DNA of 64,000 nucleotides from Promethearchaeia archaeon (GTDB lineage: Archaea > Asgardarchaeota > Lokiarchaeia > Sigyniarchaeales > SOKP01): contig JAHQWG010000047.1 in NCBI GenBank assembly GCA_029856045.1, forward strand, positions 64,001 through 128,000. Reading direction: 5' to 3'. Position 1 is the first letter of the stretch; the number at the start of each line of letters is the position of its first letter. This document shows, piece after piece, positions 9,701-20,196 of this stretch. The notes beneath the pieces were generated by a model. The model was not told the origin of the DNA. It saw only the letters and a list, made by a program, of their open reading frames with translations, and searched no databases. Position numbers and translations under genes: made by a program.

Positions 9701-11014
9701 ATGACAACGCAAGTTGATATAGCAAAGCAAGGAAAAATTTCAGAAGAAATGAAAATAGTTGCTCAGAAAGAAGGTGTAGATGCTGAATTTGTTAGAAAAG
9801 GATTAGAAGCCGGCAGGATTATCATACCAAAATCTAACATACGTGATTATGAACCAATTGGTATTGGAAAGGGTTTGTTAGTCAAGATAAATGCCAATAT
9901 TGGATCAAGCATGACTATTTGTAATATTGAGGAAGAATTAGAAAAAGCAAAAATTGCGGTGAAATTTGGCGCTGATACTGTTATGGATTTAAGCACTGGT
10001 GTAACTGAACAAAATTTAATTAATATTAGGAAAAATATTCTAAAAGAAGTAAAAGTCCCCCTCGGAACGGTTCCGATATATCAAGTAGGTCTAAGGAGTT
10101 TGGAAAGAGATGGAGCCATCATAGATATGACCGAAGATGATATGTTTAAGATTGTAGAGGAACAAGCCAAAGAAGGTGTAGATTTTTTTACAATTCATGC
10201 AGGCGTAACTAAAGAGATTATTAATTACCTGAAAGATCATCCTAGAATGATGGGCGTAGTTTCAAGAGGAGGGACTTTTTTGGCTGCTTGGATAATTCAT
10301 CATGATTTAGAAAATCCTTATTATAAAAATTTTGATTACCTTCTCGAAATGGCAAGAGAGTATGATTTTTCACTCTCTTTAGGAGATGGAATGCGCCCAG
10401 GAGGGATTTTTGATTCAACAGATTATGTGCAAATCCAAGAATTATTAACGATATCAAAATTAGTAAAAAGATGTTGGAAAAAAAATATACAAGTTATGGT
10501 TGAAGGTCCGGGACACATTCCAGCTCATGAGATTGAACGGAATGTAAAACTCCAAAAATCAATATGTAATGATGCCCCTTTTTATGTTTTGGGTCCTTTA
10601 GTTACTGATATTGCAAGTGGTTATGATGAAATTGTAAGTGCAATTGGTGGAACAATTGCAGGGTTAGCCGGAGCTGACTTTTTATGTTATGTTACTCCAT
10701 CGGAACATTTAAGCCTTCCTAATATCGAAGAAGTAAAACGAGGGGTAATTGCAACGAAAATAGCAGCACATGCTGTAAATATTTCAAAATACGGAGAACG
10801 TGCTTCAAATTGGGATCGAAAAATGAATATTGCACGCAATAATTTAAATTGGAAAGAAATGATAAAGTTATCAATAGATCCCGAAACAGCGAGAAGCATA
10901 CATAATAGAAGTGGAGAATCTATGGATATGGAGCCTTGCTCTATGTGCGGAGACTTCTGCGCAATTAAAATACTGAAGGAAGCTTTAAGCAGATCTAAAA
11001 AGAAAAAAGGCTAA
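9701..11014 (+). CDS. thiC: Phosphomethylpyrimidine synthase ThiC (radical SAM)
   Basis: KINANIG, GADTVMDLST, VSRGG, SLGDGMRPG, EGPGH, C-terminal CSMCGDFC. Confidence 0.92.
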   Translation: MTTQVDIAKQGKISEEMKIVAQKEGVDAEFVRKGLEAGRIIIPKSNIRDYEPIGIGKGLLVKINANIGSSMTICNIEEELEKAKIAVKFGADTVMDLSTGVTEQNLINIRKNILKEVKVPLGTVPIYQVGLRSLERDGAIIDMTEDDMFKIVEEQAKEGVDFFTIHAGVTKEIINYLKDHPRMMGVVSRGGTFLAAWIIHHDLENPYYKNFDYLLEMAREYDFSLSLGDGMRPGGIFDSTDYVQIQELLTISKLVKRCWKKNIQVMVEGPGHIPAHEIERNVKLQKSICNDAPFYVLGPLVTDIASGYDEIVSAIGGTIAGLAGADFLCYVTPSEHLSLPNIEEVKRGVIATKIAAHAVNISKYGERASNWDRKMNIARNNLNWKEMIKLSIDPETARSIHNRSGESMDMEPCSMCGDFCAIKILKEALSRSKKKKG

Positions 11015-11364
11015 CTTTTATTTCTGATAATTGGAACAATACAAATAAAAATTAAATCATTTTGGCCTAAATTTTTTATTCCATGTTTTTCATTGGGAGG
11101 AATATATAATACGTCTCCTTCATTTACTATTTCCTCTTGTCCAGCGTCATTATAAAAGCTTGCATTACCTCTTAAAATATAGATTTCATGATCTTCGGAG
11201 TGTTCATGAAGAGGAATACTACCTTTTGGTTTTACTTCAAATCGTCTCATAGCATAGTATTTAGCTCCATCACTTTCATCAATCAGCCACCTTACATAAG
11301 CATCTTTGGTATTCTCTAAAGCTACGGGAATACTATCTACGTCTTTATAATTTTTTTTTAACAT
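11011..11364 (-). CDS. Cupin domain protein
   Basis: PLHEH..HEIYIL and IPPNEKHG cupin motifs. Confidence 0.9.
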   Translation of the reverse strand: MLKKNYKDVDSIPVALENTKDAYVRWLIDESDGAKYYAMRRFEVKPKGSIPLHEHSEDHEIYILRGNASFYNDAGQEEIVNEGDVLYIPPNEKHGIKNLGQNDLIFICIVPIIRNKS

Positions 11365-11554
11365 AATAATTTAAAGTAATTTTTTCACATTAAATAATTT
11401 TAATTTAATTTAAATTGAAATCCTAATGAGTTTTTTTAAGTCATAAATGAACTTCATTACAAACTCAAACAAGGCATATCCATTTTTATAAAAATTAATA
11501 TATTATAAAAATAAATTTTGGATATAAAACTATATCAGAAATAGTGTTATAATA

Positions 11555-11941
11555 ATGTTAGAAAATTTACCTATAGGTTTGATAGAGAAAATTATAGATA
11601 GTTTACCTGTTGAAATATCTTTTATTGACGCGGAAGATACGGTTAGGTATTATAGTAAGGGGGATAAAAGAATATTCAAGCGAAGTCCTGCTGTAATTGG
11701 AAGAAAAGTTCAAAAATGTCATCCACCTAAAAGTATTGATAAAGTAGAAGCTATTTTAAATGATTTTAAACAGAATAAGAGAGATGTTGCGCAATTTTGG
11801 ATACATTTGGGAGATCTATTTGTATATATTCGATATTTTGCAGTGCGTGATAAGGAGGGAAATTATTTAGGAACTTTAGAAGTATCTCAAGAAATTACTG
11901 ATATACAAAATCTAAAGGGAGAAAAAAGGCTTTTAGATTAG
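11555..11941 (+). CDS. Stand-alone PAS domain protein (PAS_10/DUF438-associated type)
   Basis: LPVEISFID, IGRKVQKCHPPKS, YLGTLEVSQEIT. Confidence 0.85.
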   Translation: MLENLPIGLIEKIIDSLPVEISFIDAEDTVRYYSKGDKRIFKRSPAVIGRKVQKCHPPKSIDKVEAILNDFKQNKRDVAQFWIHLGDLFVYIRYFAVRDKEGNYLGTLEVSQEITDIQNLKGEKRLLD

Positions 11942-11964
11942 AGAAAAATCTTAAAAACTAAATC

Positions 11965-13491
11965 TCACTTATAATTCAACAGGGATTTTCCTACAACACT
12001 CCAATGCGGTTTAATACCCAACAAATCTAATAAGGTTGGAACTACATCCGTAGTTTTACAATAAGGAATCTCGAGAGATGGAATTTCAAGAGAGCCTCCT
12101 ATAATCAACGGGACGGTCATTGATTTTTTAATAGCAATGTCGTGAGAATATGGATAAGTAGCAACTGTCTTACCGTGTTCGTATCCAAAACCATATTCAC
12201 CAATTGTAGAGATCATAATATCACATGCCCTTGGATTTTTGAAATATCGTGGAAGTTGGTCTATGAAGATAGGATAATCGATTTGGTTAGTTGCTATTAA
12301 CCATTCATCAATACTGTGTGCTTTATAATCTAAAAACCTTTTTGCATCCTCATGATTCTCGTACCCAAATAAATCCTGACTATCAAAAGTGTATTTTGTT
12401 TTTTGGTTTTTTCCATGTCCATCATATTCAATCCTACCTTTCAAAATTTTTCCCGTCTTTTTATCCCGTCGCTCAAGATGGATTATACCTCGATCTGGTG
12501 TATTGTTATCATCACGATAATACATTAATTTTACACCTGGAATTTCCCATAAGGTTTCGAATAAATCCAATTTTTTACTCCCTATTCCACTTGGTTCAAA
12601 ATTTCGCATTTGTTTAATAGTAGGATGATGATGCCAAGTATCTCCTCGGAAATTGAAAAATCCGATAGAGCCGAATGCTGCGTCAAAATCGCCAACTTCT
12701 TTTTTAGGGATATAAGGGATTAATCCTTTTTTCTGGAAGAAAGGCTCTAGGTCATACATATTTTGTGCTTTATAATTACCATGATCTGAAATAATACAAA
12801 TTGCTGTATCCTCATAATATCCTGTATCTTTAAGTGTGCTAAGTAAAGACCCAATATACTCATCACAACTTAAGACTTCATTAATATAATCTGGATGGTC
12901 AAATCCTTTATGGTGCATAAGATCATCCGTTTTTGGTATATATCCTACAGTGATTTTTGGAACTTCCTTAATAGAAAAGAATTTTTCTGGTTCTTGGTAA
13001 GCCTCCTCAATAGTTTTTAATGTTGTTTCTGTTTCAAATTTTTTAGGAGTCTGAAAAAGTGAACCACGAAATATTACGTTTAATGCGCTTAGAAAGTTTC
13101 CTTCACCAGCTTGTTCGAAAATTGTTTGAACATTAGGTCCCAGATCTTTACTAATTTTCCATACTTGCCGTCCATCTCCGTAATTGCGAATAAAAGGAAG
13201 CTTTTTACCTTCTGATGTGGGGGGGTCTGTTCGATTAACCCAATGATAAGTCGGAATACCACTTCCTTCTTTAGGGTAATAACCTGAATAAGCGCCAGTT
13301 ATAATATTGCAATAACAAGGATAAGTGATGCTCGGAAAAGTTGTAATACAATTCTGGCACGAGATTCCATTTTTAGCAAGTTGTGCCATGTTTGGAAGTT
13401 TTCCTCGGTTAATCCATCCATAAAGATGCGAAGCCCTAACATCATCAATAACAATTAAAATTACTTGATTGACTTTAGCAGTTCGATTCAT
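11965..13491 (-). CDS. Alkaline-phosphatase superfamily / nucleotide pyrophosphatase-phosphodiesterase
   Basis: IVIDD, TTFPSIT nucleophile, DDLMH, SDHG, YSHD, TDVVPTLL. Confidence 0.88.
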   Translation of the reverse strand: MNRTAKVNQVILIVIDDVRASHLYGWINRGKLPNMAQLAKNGISCQNCITTFPSITYPCYCNIITGAYSGYYPKEGSGIPTYHWVNRTDPPTSEGKKLPFIRNYGDGRQVWKISKDLGPNVQTIFEQAGEGNFLSALNVIFRGSLFQTPKKFETETTLKTIEEAYQEPEKFFSIKEVPKITVGYIPKTDDLMHHKGFDHPDYINEVLSCDEYIGSLLSTLKDTGYYEDTAICIISDHGNYKAQNMYDLEPFFQKKGLIPYIPKKEVGDFDAAFGSIGFFNFRGDTWHHHPTIKQMRNFEPSGIGSKKLDLFETLWEIPGVKLMYYRDDNNTPDRGIIHLERRDKKTGKILKGRIEYDGHGKNQKTKYTFDSQDLFGYENHEDAKRFLDYKAHSIDEWLIATNQIDYPIFIDQLPRYFKNPRACDIMISTIGEYGFGYEHGKTVATYPYSHDIAIKKSMTVPLIIGGSLEIPSLEIPYCKTTDVVPTLLDLLGIKPHWSVVGKSLLNYK

Positions 13492-13620
13492 AATTAATTC
13501 TATTTTTTATAAGTTATAAGTTTAAATTTAAAATAAAAGAACGATTATGATTTGAATATAAAAATTTGTATAAGTAATAGAAGTTAATTTTTGGTAGCAT
13601 AAACCAAAATAAAATATTAT

Positions 13621-14493
13621 TTAAACGATAACATAAGAAAGTTTAATTCCTACATCTTCTTTAAGATTTAATGTTCTTCTAATGGCATTTCTAACTAATA
13701 TGCCCCCTATATGAAGGATTGTATCCTTTAATATATTATCTTGATCCATAGAGGCATTACAAGGATATGAGTGATGGGCTTTACTAATATATTCATTTAA
13801 GGAAAGCTCTTTATCGTTAATCTCTTTTGATTTCAATTGCTGGGCAATATAATAAGTAGAACCGCATGGAGCGGATTGTATTACGCATGTATCTTCAATT
13901 GTTTTTCTATCTTTACTTATTAAAAAAGAAATAATCGGCTCTCCAATCTTAAAATAATCAATAAACTCATCAATATTAGAACTTTCTTGTGTTATATTAA
14001 AGCCGGGTTTATTTAGTTCATTTATTTCTTTACTCAGGGAACAAAATGGTTTTGGAAATGCTGCTTGAATTCCGAATTTTTCAAATTCTTCTAATACTTG
14101 TTGTTGAAGTCCTGGAGATACCCATTTTGGATCTTCGATTGGAATAATAACTGCCTTTATATTTTGATCTTTTAAATATTCCGGAAGTCCAGTTAATAGG
14201 TCTGGATGAATTCCAACTACTAAAAGGAAATCCACTTCAGGAAGATTTTTAGGAAAAAAATTCAGCGGTTCTTCAACAAATTCAGGAAGATTTTCGCCAA
14301 TTTGCTCATAAAAAAAAATGATATCAGCATAGCTTTTCAAATGTTCTCTGCAATGATCACATTTTATTTTAACTACCATTTCCTCGCAAGCTTCACAAAA
14401 TTTGTCATCGTTAATCAAATTACCTACAAATCTTTGAGTTAACATCTCTGTGTCTGAGTCGGTTCCATAGAATATTCCCAGTTTATATACCAA
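13621..14493 (-). CDS. DUF166 family protein
   Basis: HPDL, PKPFCSL, SAPCGST, HHSYPCNASM. Confidence 0.8.
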   Translation of the reverse strand: MVYKLGIFYGTDSDTEMLTQRFVGNLINDDKFCEACEEMVVKIKCDHCREHLKSYADIIFFYEQIGENLPEFVEEPLNFFPKNLPEVDFLLVVGIHPDLLTGLPEYLKDQNIKAVIIPIEDPKWVSPGLQQQVLEEFEKFGIQAAFPKPFCSLSKEINELNKPGFNITQESSNIDEFIDYFKIGEPIISFLISKDRKTIEDTCVIQSAPCGSTYYIAQQLKSKEINDKELSLNEYISKAHHSYPCNASMDQDNILKDTILHIGGILVRNAIRRTLNLKEDVGIKLSYVIV

Positions 14494-14630
14494 AGATTAT
14501 CCCTAACAATTATTTATTTAATTCTTAAAATTAATTTATATTGTTCATTTTATTAAGATTGAAACGCAAATTTCAAAATTGTGATTATTTTTTATAAGAA
14601 AATACAATTTAAAACGATTAACGAACATGT

Positions 14631-16043
14631 TCAATTAGATTTTTCTAAATAATTTAATATTTTTTCAATTTTCATAATCATTTCCTCTGCGTTTTTTGCA
14701 AAAACTCTCATAATTGGCTCTTTACCAATTTCACCTTTATCCCATATAATATCTGGAATTGTTCCATGTTGTTCAAAAATTTTCTTTATTATCCACTGCA
14801 TTGTTGATTCCTCTTTTAAGCTTATATTTTCAGGTTGTTTGCTTCTATCTATTTCCGCAATCTTAAAGAATGAGTCGTTTTCTAATTTTTGTATTAAATC
14901 CGGAACATATTTCATATTCATGACAATGTTTAGTGAATTATCAAATTTTTTAGCGGTTAATATCAGTCTTGCAGTATGATCAGATACACCGAATTTTATT
15001 TTTCCTATAGCCTTAGGATACCCATTAATGATACTAATTCGCCCTTCAATCGCAGCAACCTCAATTGTCGATTGCGCATTAGGTAAAGATACAGAGATAT
15101 TAGTTCTAACTTCTGGAATTAATCTTGAGAAATTTTTTGAACTTGAAATAAAGTTATAAATTTCTTTTACTTGATTTAATACTGCTTTTTTTTCTGGTGA
15201 ATAATCCAATGCTAGAATATATGCTCTATCGCTAATTTTCGTGATATTTTCAAAATTTTTATCAAAAAATTCTTCTGCATTTTGTATTGCAAAATTTAAA
15301 TCCTTTTTAATGGCTAATGCAGCTGTTAAAGCAGCTGAAAAAACACATCCAGTGCCATGAACGTTTTGTTCAATTGGTTTCTGATCTTTTAAGAATTTTA
15401 AGAAATATTGTTTTTTTTTCTTGTTTTCAAAATCAGATATTAATGCTATGTCAGCTATTTTGTTTTTTTCAGGATGACCCCCTTTAATAATAACTGCCTT
15501 AGATTTATGCTCAATTCTTTCATTAGTCATCATAGATAAAATTTCTAAGGCTGCCTTTCTCATTAATTCAATATCATCAAATTCTTGTGTTTTAATATTA
15601 ATACCGGAGAAATACTCTGCTTCTTTAAGATTAGGAGTAATAATTTGTGCACTTGGGAAGAGAGTTTTTTTAAGCTCTGATTCAGTACCTTCTTCTGCTA
15701 GTCTCACTCCAACGCTAGAAACAGTTACTGGATCAACAACGTAATGTACTTGATATTTATTTAAATATTCTGCGATAATTTTTACAGATTCTTTTGTTGG
15801 AATCATACCAGTTTTTGCATATTTTATGGGGTATTTTTCAAATAATATTTTTAATTGTTCCTCTAAAGACTTAATTGGAATCGGAAAATACCCTGAAAAT
15901 GAATCTGCCGTTTGATATGTAACAGCAGTAATAACGGAAAAAGGATAGACTTCAAATTTCTCAAAAGTTCTAATATCAGCCTGAATTCCGGCACCACAGC
16001 TTGGGTCGGTTCCTGCAATTGTTAAACAAAATATTTTTTCCAT
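14631..16043 (-). CDS. thiD: Bifunctional HMP/HMP-P kinase - thiamine-phosphate synthase (ThiDN)
   Basis: TIAGTDPSCGAGIQAD, TPN, KGGH, HGTGC; C-terminal ThiN with LIPEVRTN, FGVSDH, GKEP. Confidence 0.93.
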   Translation of the reverse strand: MEKIFCLTIAGTDPSCGAGIQADIRTFEKFEVYPFSVITAVTYQTADSFSGYFPIPIKSLEEQLKILFEKYPIKYAKTGMIPTKESVKIIAEYLNKYQVHYVVDPVTVSSVGVRLAEEGTESELKKTLFPSAQIITPNLKEAEYFSGINIKTQEFDDIELMRKAALEILSMMTNERIEHKSKAVIIKGGHPEKNKIADIALISDFENKKKKQYFLKFLKDQKPIEQNVHGTGCVFSAALTAALAIKKDLNFAIQNAEEFFDKNFENITKISDRAYILALDYSPEKKAVLNQVKEIYNFISSSKNFSRLIPEVRTNISVSLPNAQSTIEVAAIEGRISIINGYPKAIGKIKFGVSDHTARLILTAKKFDNSLNIVMNMKYVPDLIQKLENDSFFKIAEIDRSKQPENISLKEESTMQWIIKKIFEQHGTIPDIIWDKGEIGKEPIMRVFAKNAEEMIMKIEKILNYLEKSN

Positions 16044-16067
16044 GAAAATACTTCTTTTGCTTTAAAA

Positions 16068-16661
16068 TTAGGACTTTGATTCTTCAGAAGGAACTCGATC
16101 AAATGCCCATTTTGCTTTGTCATCAAGACCCAAGGCTTGGTATGTTTTTCCTAAATAATAAAAACCTTGAGGATATTTAAAATCTTTTTTTACTAGTTTC
16201 ATTAAATGATTTACAGCTAATGCAAATTGTTTATCTAAATAAAACGCTTTTCCTATTAAAAATAAAACATCTAAATTTTGGCCGTTATCATCTATCAAAA
16301 CAAATAACTTTTCTAATGCCTTTTTAAACTCCTTTTGTTTGATTAATTTCCGTGGAAGTTCCAATTTTTCTAAAAGAATAATATCATCCGCAATACTACT
16401 AAAAACTTTCTCTAGTTCTATATCAACTTTTATCTGTTTTTCTTGCTCTTTTTGTGCTTCTATTTTATTAAAATAGTCTGTAAATTCTGAAATTGTATTT
16501 GAGTCATATTTTTCAGTGCATAATGGACAAACTTGAGAATGAACTAACCATTCTTCTAAACATTTTCTATGAACTTGATGTCCGTTTGGGCAAGTGTAGC
16601 TTTTAATGTTAGAACCTTCTTCTATTTCAATTTTTTCATGGCAAATTATACAAGTAGGCAT
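16068..16661 (-). CDS. RING-H2 finger + TPR protein (putative E3 ubiquitin ligase)
   Basis: CxxC..CPNGHxxHxxC..W..CPLC (C3H2C3), coiled linker and 2-3 TPRs (YYLGKTYQALG). Confidence 0.85.
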   Translation of the reverse strand: MPTCIICHEKIEIEEGSNIKSYTCPNGHQVHRKCLEEWLVHSQVCPLCTEKYDSNTISEFTDYFNKIEAQKEQEKQIKVDIELEKVFSSIADDIILLEKLELPRKLIKQKEFKKALEKLFVLIDDNGQNLDVLFLIGKAFYLDKQFALAVNHLMKLVKKDFKYPQGFYYLGKTYQALGLDDKAKWAFDRVPSEESKS

Positions 16662-16774
16662 TTTGCACCAAATTCAATAAAGCTTCTACACTATAAGAGT
16701 GATTAGATATTAAAAAATTTATTTTTTTCTTAATTAATTTCATTAAAATATACAAAAGATATATTAATATTTTT

Positions 16775-18346
16775 TTGTATTTTCATTTTGAGCATCTTAT
16801 GTCAAAATTAGAATTATTTAATGGTTTGCTAAAAAATTTTATAAGTGTTGTACCTGATGTTGAAGCGGTAATTGTTTCTGACGATGAAGGGTTGATAATT
16901 GCTGCGAAATTAGATAAATCTCTTGAGGAAAAAACGGATTCTATATCTGTACTTTCTTCTCTTGTAAACCCAATTTTAGAAAGAATTAGGTACGAATTTT
17001 CTTTTAAAAAATTTGGAACTGCTAGTTTTGAAACTGAAGATTCTAGAATTTTATTTGTATCTGTAAAAGATAATGCTACTGTAAGTATTATATTAAACAC
17101 ACTTGCTTCTATTGATAAAACTGCTCCCTATGCCTACTTCTTAGCTGAAAAATGTGCCCAAATATTGACAGAGGATAACATAAATCGGATTCAGATATAT
17201 ATTCCAAATTTTGAATATGACGAAAGACAAGAGTTTGATAGGTTAAAAAATCAAATTTATCAAATGAGACTCGCCAAGGGACAATATAAATTTAAATTTA
17301 TTATTGTTGGTGACCACACGGTTGGTAAGACATCAATCGTAATGAGATTTGTTGAAAACAGATTTTCAACCGATTATCGTGCCACTATTGGTTTAAATAT
17401 TTTAACACATAACTATAAATTCTTAAATACAGTGATTAATTTAATGATTTGGGATATTGGAGCCCAAAAATTCTTCCAAAGAGTTCGAAAGACTTATTAT
17501 CAAGGAGCTCATTCAGCATTTTTAGTATTCGATCTTACAAATAGATCTTCTTTTGAGAATCTTGAAAATTGGTATAATGAATTAAAGGGTTTTATTAGTA
17601 TAGATATTCCGGTTGTTGTTGTGGGGAATAAAACCGATTTAAGTAAGGAAAGAAAAATATCTTATCAAGAGGGTGTTTCATTAGCAAATAAGCTAAGAGC
17701 TTCTTATATAGAAACTAGTGCAAAAACAGGGGAAAATGTAGAAGATGCGTTCTCTTTAATCTCCTATCACTATATAGTAAAATCACAACTTGAAGAGGAA
17801 AAAATAGTAAAAGAGAATCTAATTTCAGAAATTAATAGAATAATTGATGTTAAAGGTAAATTAATTTTATCATTTATTGGTTTAAATAAATACTGGAATC
17901 CTGCTCTACAATTGTTTACTGAATTTCGAGATTGGGGTGAAATGAAGACATTGAAAAATGAAGAATTAGAAAAAATTTATTCATTTAATGATAAAGTTAT
18001 TGTTCAAAATTATATAAATCATATTGGAGAGATTAGAGAATCTGATGGAGTTTTATTTATATTTGATGCTAGAAATAAAAAATCCATTGATTTAGAATGG
18101 CGAAATTTAGTAATTAACGGTTTAGATAAGATGAATGAAAATACGAGTGTATTAATTGGCTTAAGAACTTCCGAAGACCATACTCAAACAGGAGTTTGGT
18201 CTAGACTCATCGAAGAATTTAACTTAAATGAATATCTTGAAAAAAAGATGATTTCCATATTATTCTTTAAAATAACTACTGAATATCGATTGGAATTTTT
18301 GGATCAATTCAATACTTGGATTAGTACAATAAGCTCTTTCTTATAA
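16775..18346 (+). CDS. Roadblock domain - Rab-like small GTPase - degenerate GTPase-like domain fusion
   Basis: N-terminal VEAVIVSDDEGLIIA (roadblock); G1 GDHTVGKTS, G2 ATIG, G3 WDIGAQ, G4 NKTD, G5 ETSAK. Likely start is ATG 16799. Confidence 0.9.
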   Translation: MYFHFEHLMSKLELFNGLLKNFISVVPDVEAVIVSDDEGLIIAAKLDKSLEEKTDSISVLSSLVNPILERIRYEFSFKKFGTASFETEDSRILFVSVKDNATVSIILNTLASIDKTAPYAYFLAEKCAQILTEDNINRIQIYIPNFEYDERQEFDRLKNQIYQMRLAKGQYKFKFIIVGDHTVGKTSIVMRFVENRFSTDYRATIGLNILTHNYKFLNTVINLMIWDIGAQKFFQRVRKTYYQGAHSAFLVFDLTNRSSFENLENWYNELKGFISIDIPVVVVGNKTDLSKERKISYQEGVSLANKLRASYIETSAKTGENVEDAFSLISYHYIVKSQLEEEKIVKENLISEINRIIDVKGKLILSFIGLNKYWNPALQLFTEFRDWGEMKTLKNEELEKIYSFNDKVIVQNYINHIGEIRESDGVLFIFDARNKKSIDLEWRNLVINGLDKMNENTSVLIGLRTSEDHTQTGVWSRLIEEFNLNEYLEKKMISILFFKITTEYRLEFLDQFNTWISTISSFL

Positions 18347-18565
18347 AATAAGTAATTCTAATAAATGTTTGTTTATTCAAATTTTTTAAATATTTCAAAT
18401 GAATAATTAATTATTGGTTTATTCTTCATTCATTGATAACTATATCGTCTTCCTTTAAAATAGAAAAATTTTTGAGAAAACAGATTTTAGTGAGAATGAT
18501 TTATTTACTAAAGCTCGTTAAAAAGACTAAGAATTCGTAAATTTAACCTATAAATTCAAATAGAG

Positions 18566-19900
18566 TTGAAATATATGAATAAAAAAATAGTACTTATAGG
18601 GGCTGGTAGTGCAATGTTTGGACCACCTACTTTGACTGATATCTTCCTGAGTAAGGTATTAAGCGATTCAACAATAGTTTTGCATGATATTAATGAAGAA
18701 AAATTAGAAATGATTTATGATTTAGTTGTAGTTGAGAATGAAAGAACTGGAAATAAATTTAAAATAGAAAAAACTATAAGCAGAACTACAGCACTTAAGA
18801 ATGCAGATTTTATATTATGTTCTATTGAAAAAGGTGATAGATTCAAGTTGCGTTGGCAAGATAATACATTCCCAAGAAAACATGGCTCGACTGAAATGAT
18901 GGCTGAAAATGGTGGTCCAGGAGGTTTTTTCCATTCAGCTCGACAAATTCCAGAAATTGTGAAGATTGTAAAGGATGTTGAAAAAATATGCCCTGATGCT
19001 TTATTTATCAATTATTCAAATCCTATGTCTCGAATTTGTTTAGCAATTAAAAGAGTTGCTCCAGATTTGAAGTGTATCGGCCTTTGTCATCAAATAGAGC
19101 TTTTGACAAATTATCATCTATCTAGAATGCTAAATCGGAAGTTAGAAGATATGCAAATAACTACAGGAGGATTAAATCACTTTGCTTTTATCCTTGGAAT
19201 AAAAGATTTAACAACAGGAATAGATTTAATGCCAGAATTTAATTCAAAATGTATTGAATATTTTAAGGACAAATGGGATCGATTTGAGTTTGCAGATTTA
19301 ACTTTTGAAATATTTTCTCGTTTTGGATATTTCCCGTATGTAGGTGATAATCACATATGTGAATATGTCCAATGGTCATCTAATTATATTAAAATCGAAG
19401 ATATCCGAGATTGGATAAAATTAATGGAAGGATCAGGAAAAGTGATAAATGACAAAGTCTTTCGATATCATAAAAGACTTAGAAACGGAAGATATCCAAG
19501 AAAAGGTATGTTTCTTAAAAACCCTTCAGGAGAAAGGGCAATCCCTGTTATTGAAGCAATTATTGAAGATAAAAACTCCCATGAAACAGCTGTAAATATT
19601 CCCAACGATAATATTATCGAAAACCTACCCAAAGATTTATTTATTGAATGTTCTGCCATTGTTAATAAGGATGGTGTTCATGGAAAAAAAATTGGAATAA
19701 TACCTAAAAATATTGCTGCCATTTTGAGGATTGAAGCTTCAATTCAAGATTTATGTGTTGAAGCAATTCTAAAAGAATCTAAGGATCTCGCAATTGCTTG
19801 CTTGGCAATTGACACAAATTGTGGAAGTTTTAAAATGGCTGAAAATATATATAACGAGATGATTGAGATTCAGAAGGATTATTTACCTAAGTTTAAATAA
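18566..19900 (+). CDS. GH4 NAD-dependent glycosidase (alpha-galactosidase/glucosidase type)
   Basis: IGAGS, GPGG, NYSNP, GLCH, GLNH. Confidence 0.92.
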   Translation: MKYMNKKIVLIGAGSAMFGPPTLTDIFLSKVLSDSTIVLHDINEEKLEMIYDLVVVENERTGNKFKIEKTISRTTALKNADFILCSIEKGDRFKLRWQDNTFPRKHGSTEMMAENGGPGGFFHSARQIPEIVKIVKDVEKICPDALFINYSNPMSRICLAIKRVAPDLKCIGLCHQIELLTNYHLSRMLNRKLEDMQITTGGLNHFAFILGIKDLTTGIDLMPEFNSKCIEYFKDKWDRFEFADLTFEIFSRFGYFPYVGDNHICEYVQWSSNYIKIEDIRDWIKLMEGSGKVINDKVFRYHKRLRNGRYPRKGMFLKNPSGERAIPVIEAIIEDKNSHETAVNIPNDNIIENLPKDLFIECSAIVNKDGVHGKKIGIIPKNIAAILRIEASIQDLCVEAILKESKDLAIACLAIDTNCGSFKMAENIYNEMIEIQKDYLPKFK

Positions 19901-19923
19901 AATATCTTTTCAAGAACATGTAA

Positions 19924-20076
19924 TATTTACTTTTTCAACCTTTCTTTTAATTTATTAGTAATTAGATTGCCCATATCAACTGTAGAAAGAATTTTTAATT
20001 TATCTGATTTAATATCCACAGTTCTACCTTCACCTAAGGCCTGTTCTATACAATTCTCAATATCATTTCCTATATC
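19924..20076. repeat. Direct repeat A, copy 1 (pairs with 22358-22510)
   Basis: 153 bp ungapped with 14 mismatches by manual alignment. Confidence 0.95.
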
Positions 20077-20085
20077 ATATTTCTG
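19927..20085 (-). pseudogene. leuB: Orphan copy of the leuB 3' end (about last 50 codons)
   Basis: DIGNDIENCIEQALGEGRTVDIKSDKLKILSTVDMGNLITNKLKERLKK versus LeuB C-terminus DLGKDIENCVEQALGEGRTMDIKSDNLKILSTIDMGNLITNKLKERLKK. Confidence 0.92.
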
Positions 20086-20196
20086 AATCTCTACTAATGC
20101 AAGAGATTGAGATAATATTATTTTAACGTACATCTTATTTAAAACGAATAAATGCTGAAAATTGACTAGATCCTTAAAAGCTGTAGAAAGTTGGGA

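Noticed and set aside
9701-11014. BzaA/B/F (benzimidazole synthesis) instead of ThiC
   Set aside because: Cannot be excluded by motif alone, but nearby thiDN and the absence of cobamide genes favour ThiC.
4261-11495. Similar CAAGGCA..CATTTT.ATA strings at about 4261 and 11470
   Set aside because: Short, gapped and AT-rich; cannot be distinguished from coincidence.
19927-20133. 68-aa ORF as an independent gene
   Set aside because: Its C-terminal 50 aa are the leuB duplicate and the N-terminus is a chance in-frame extension across the junction.
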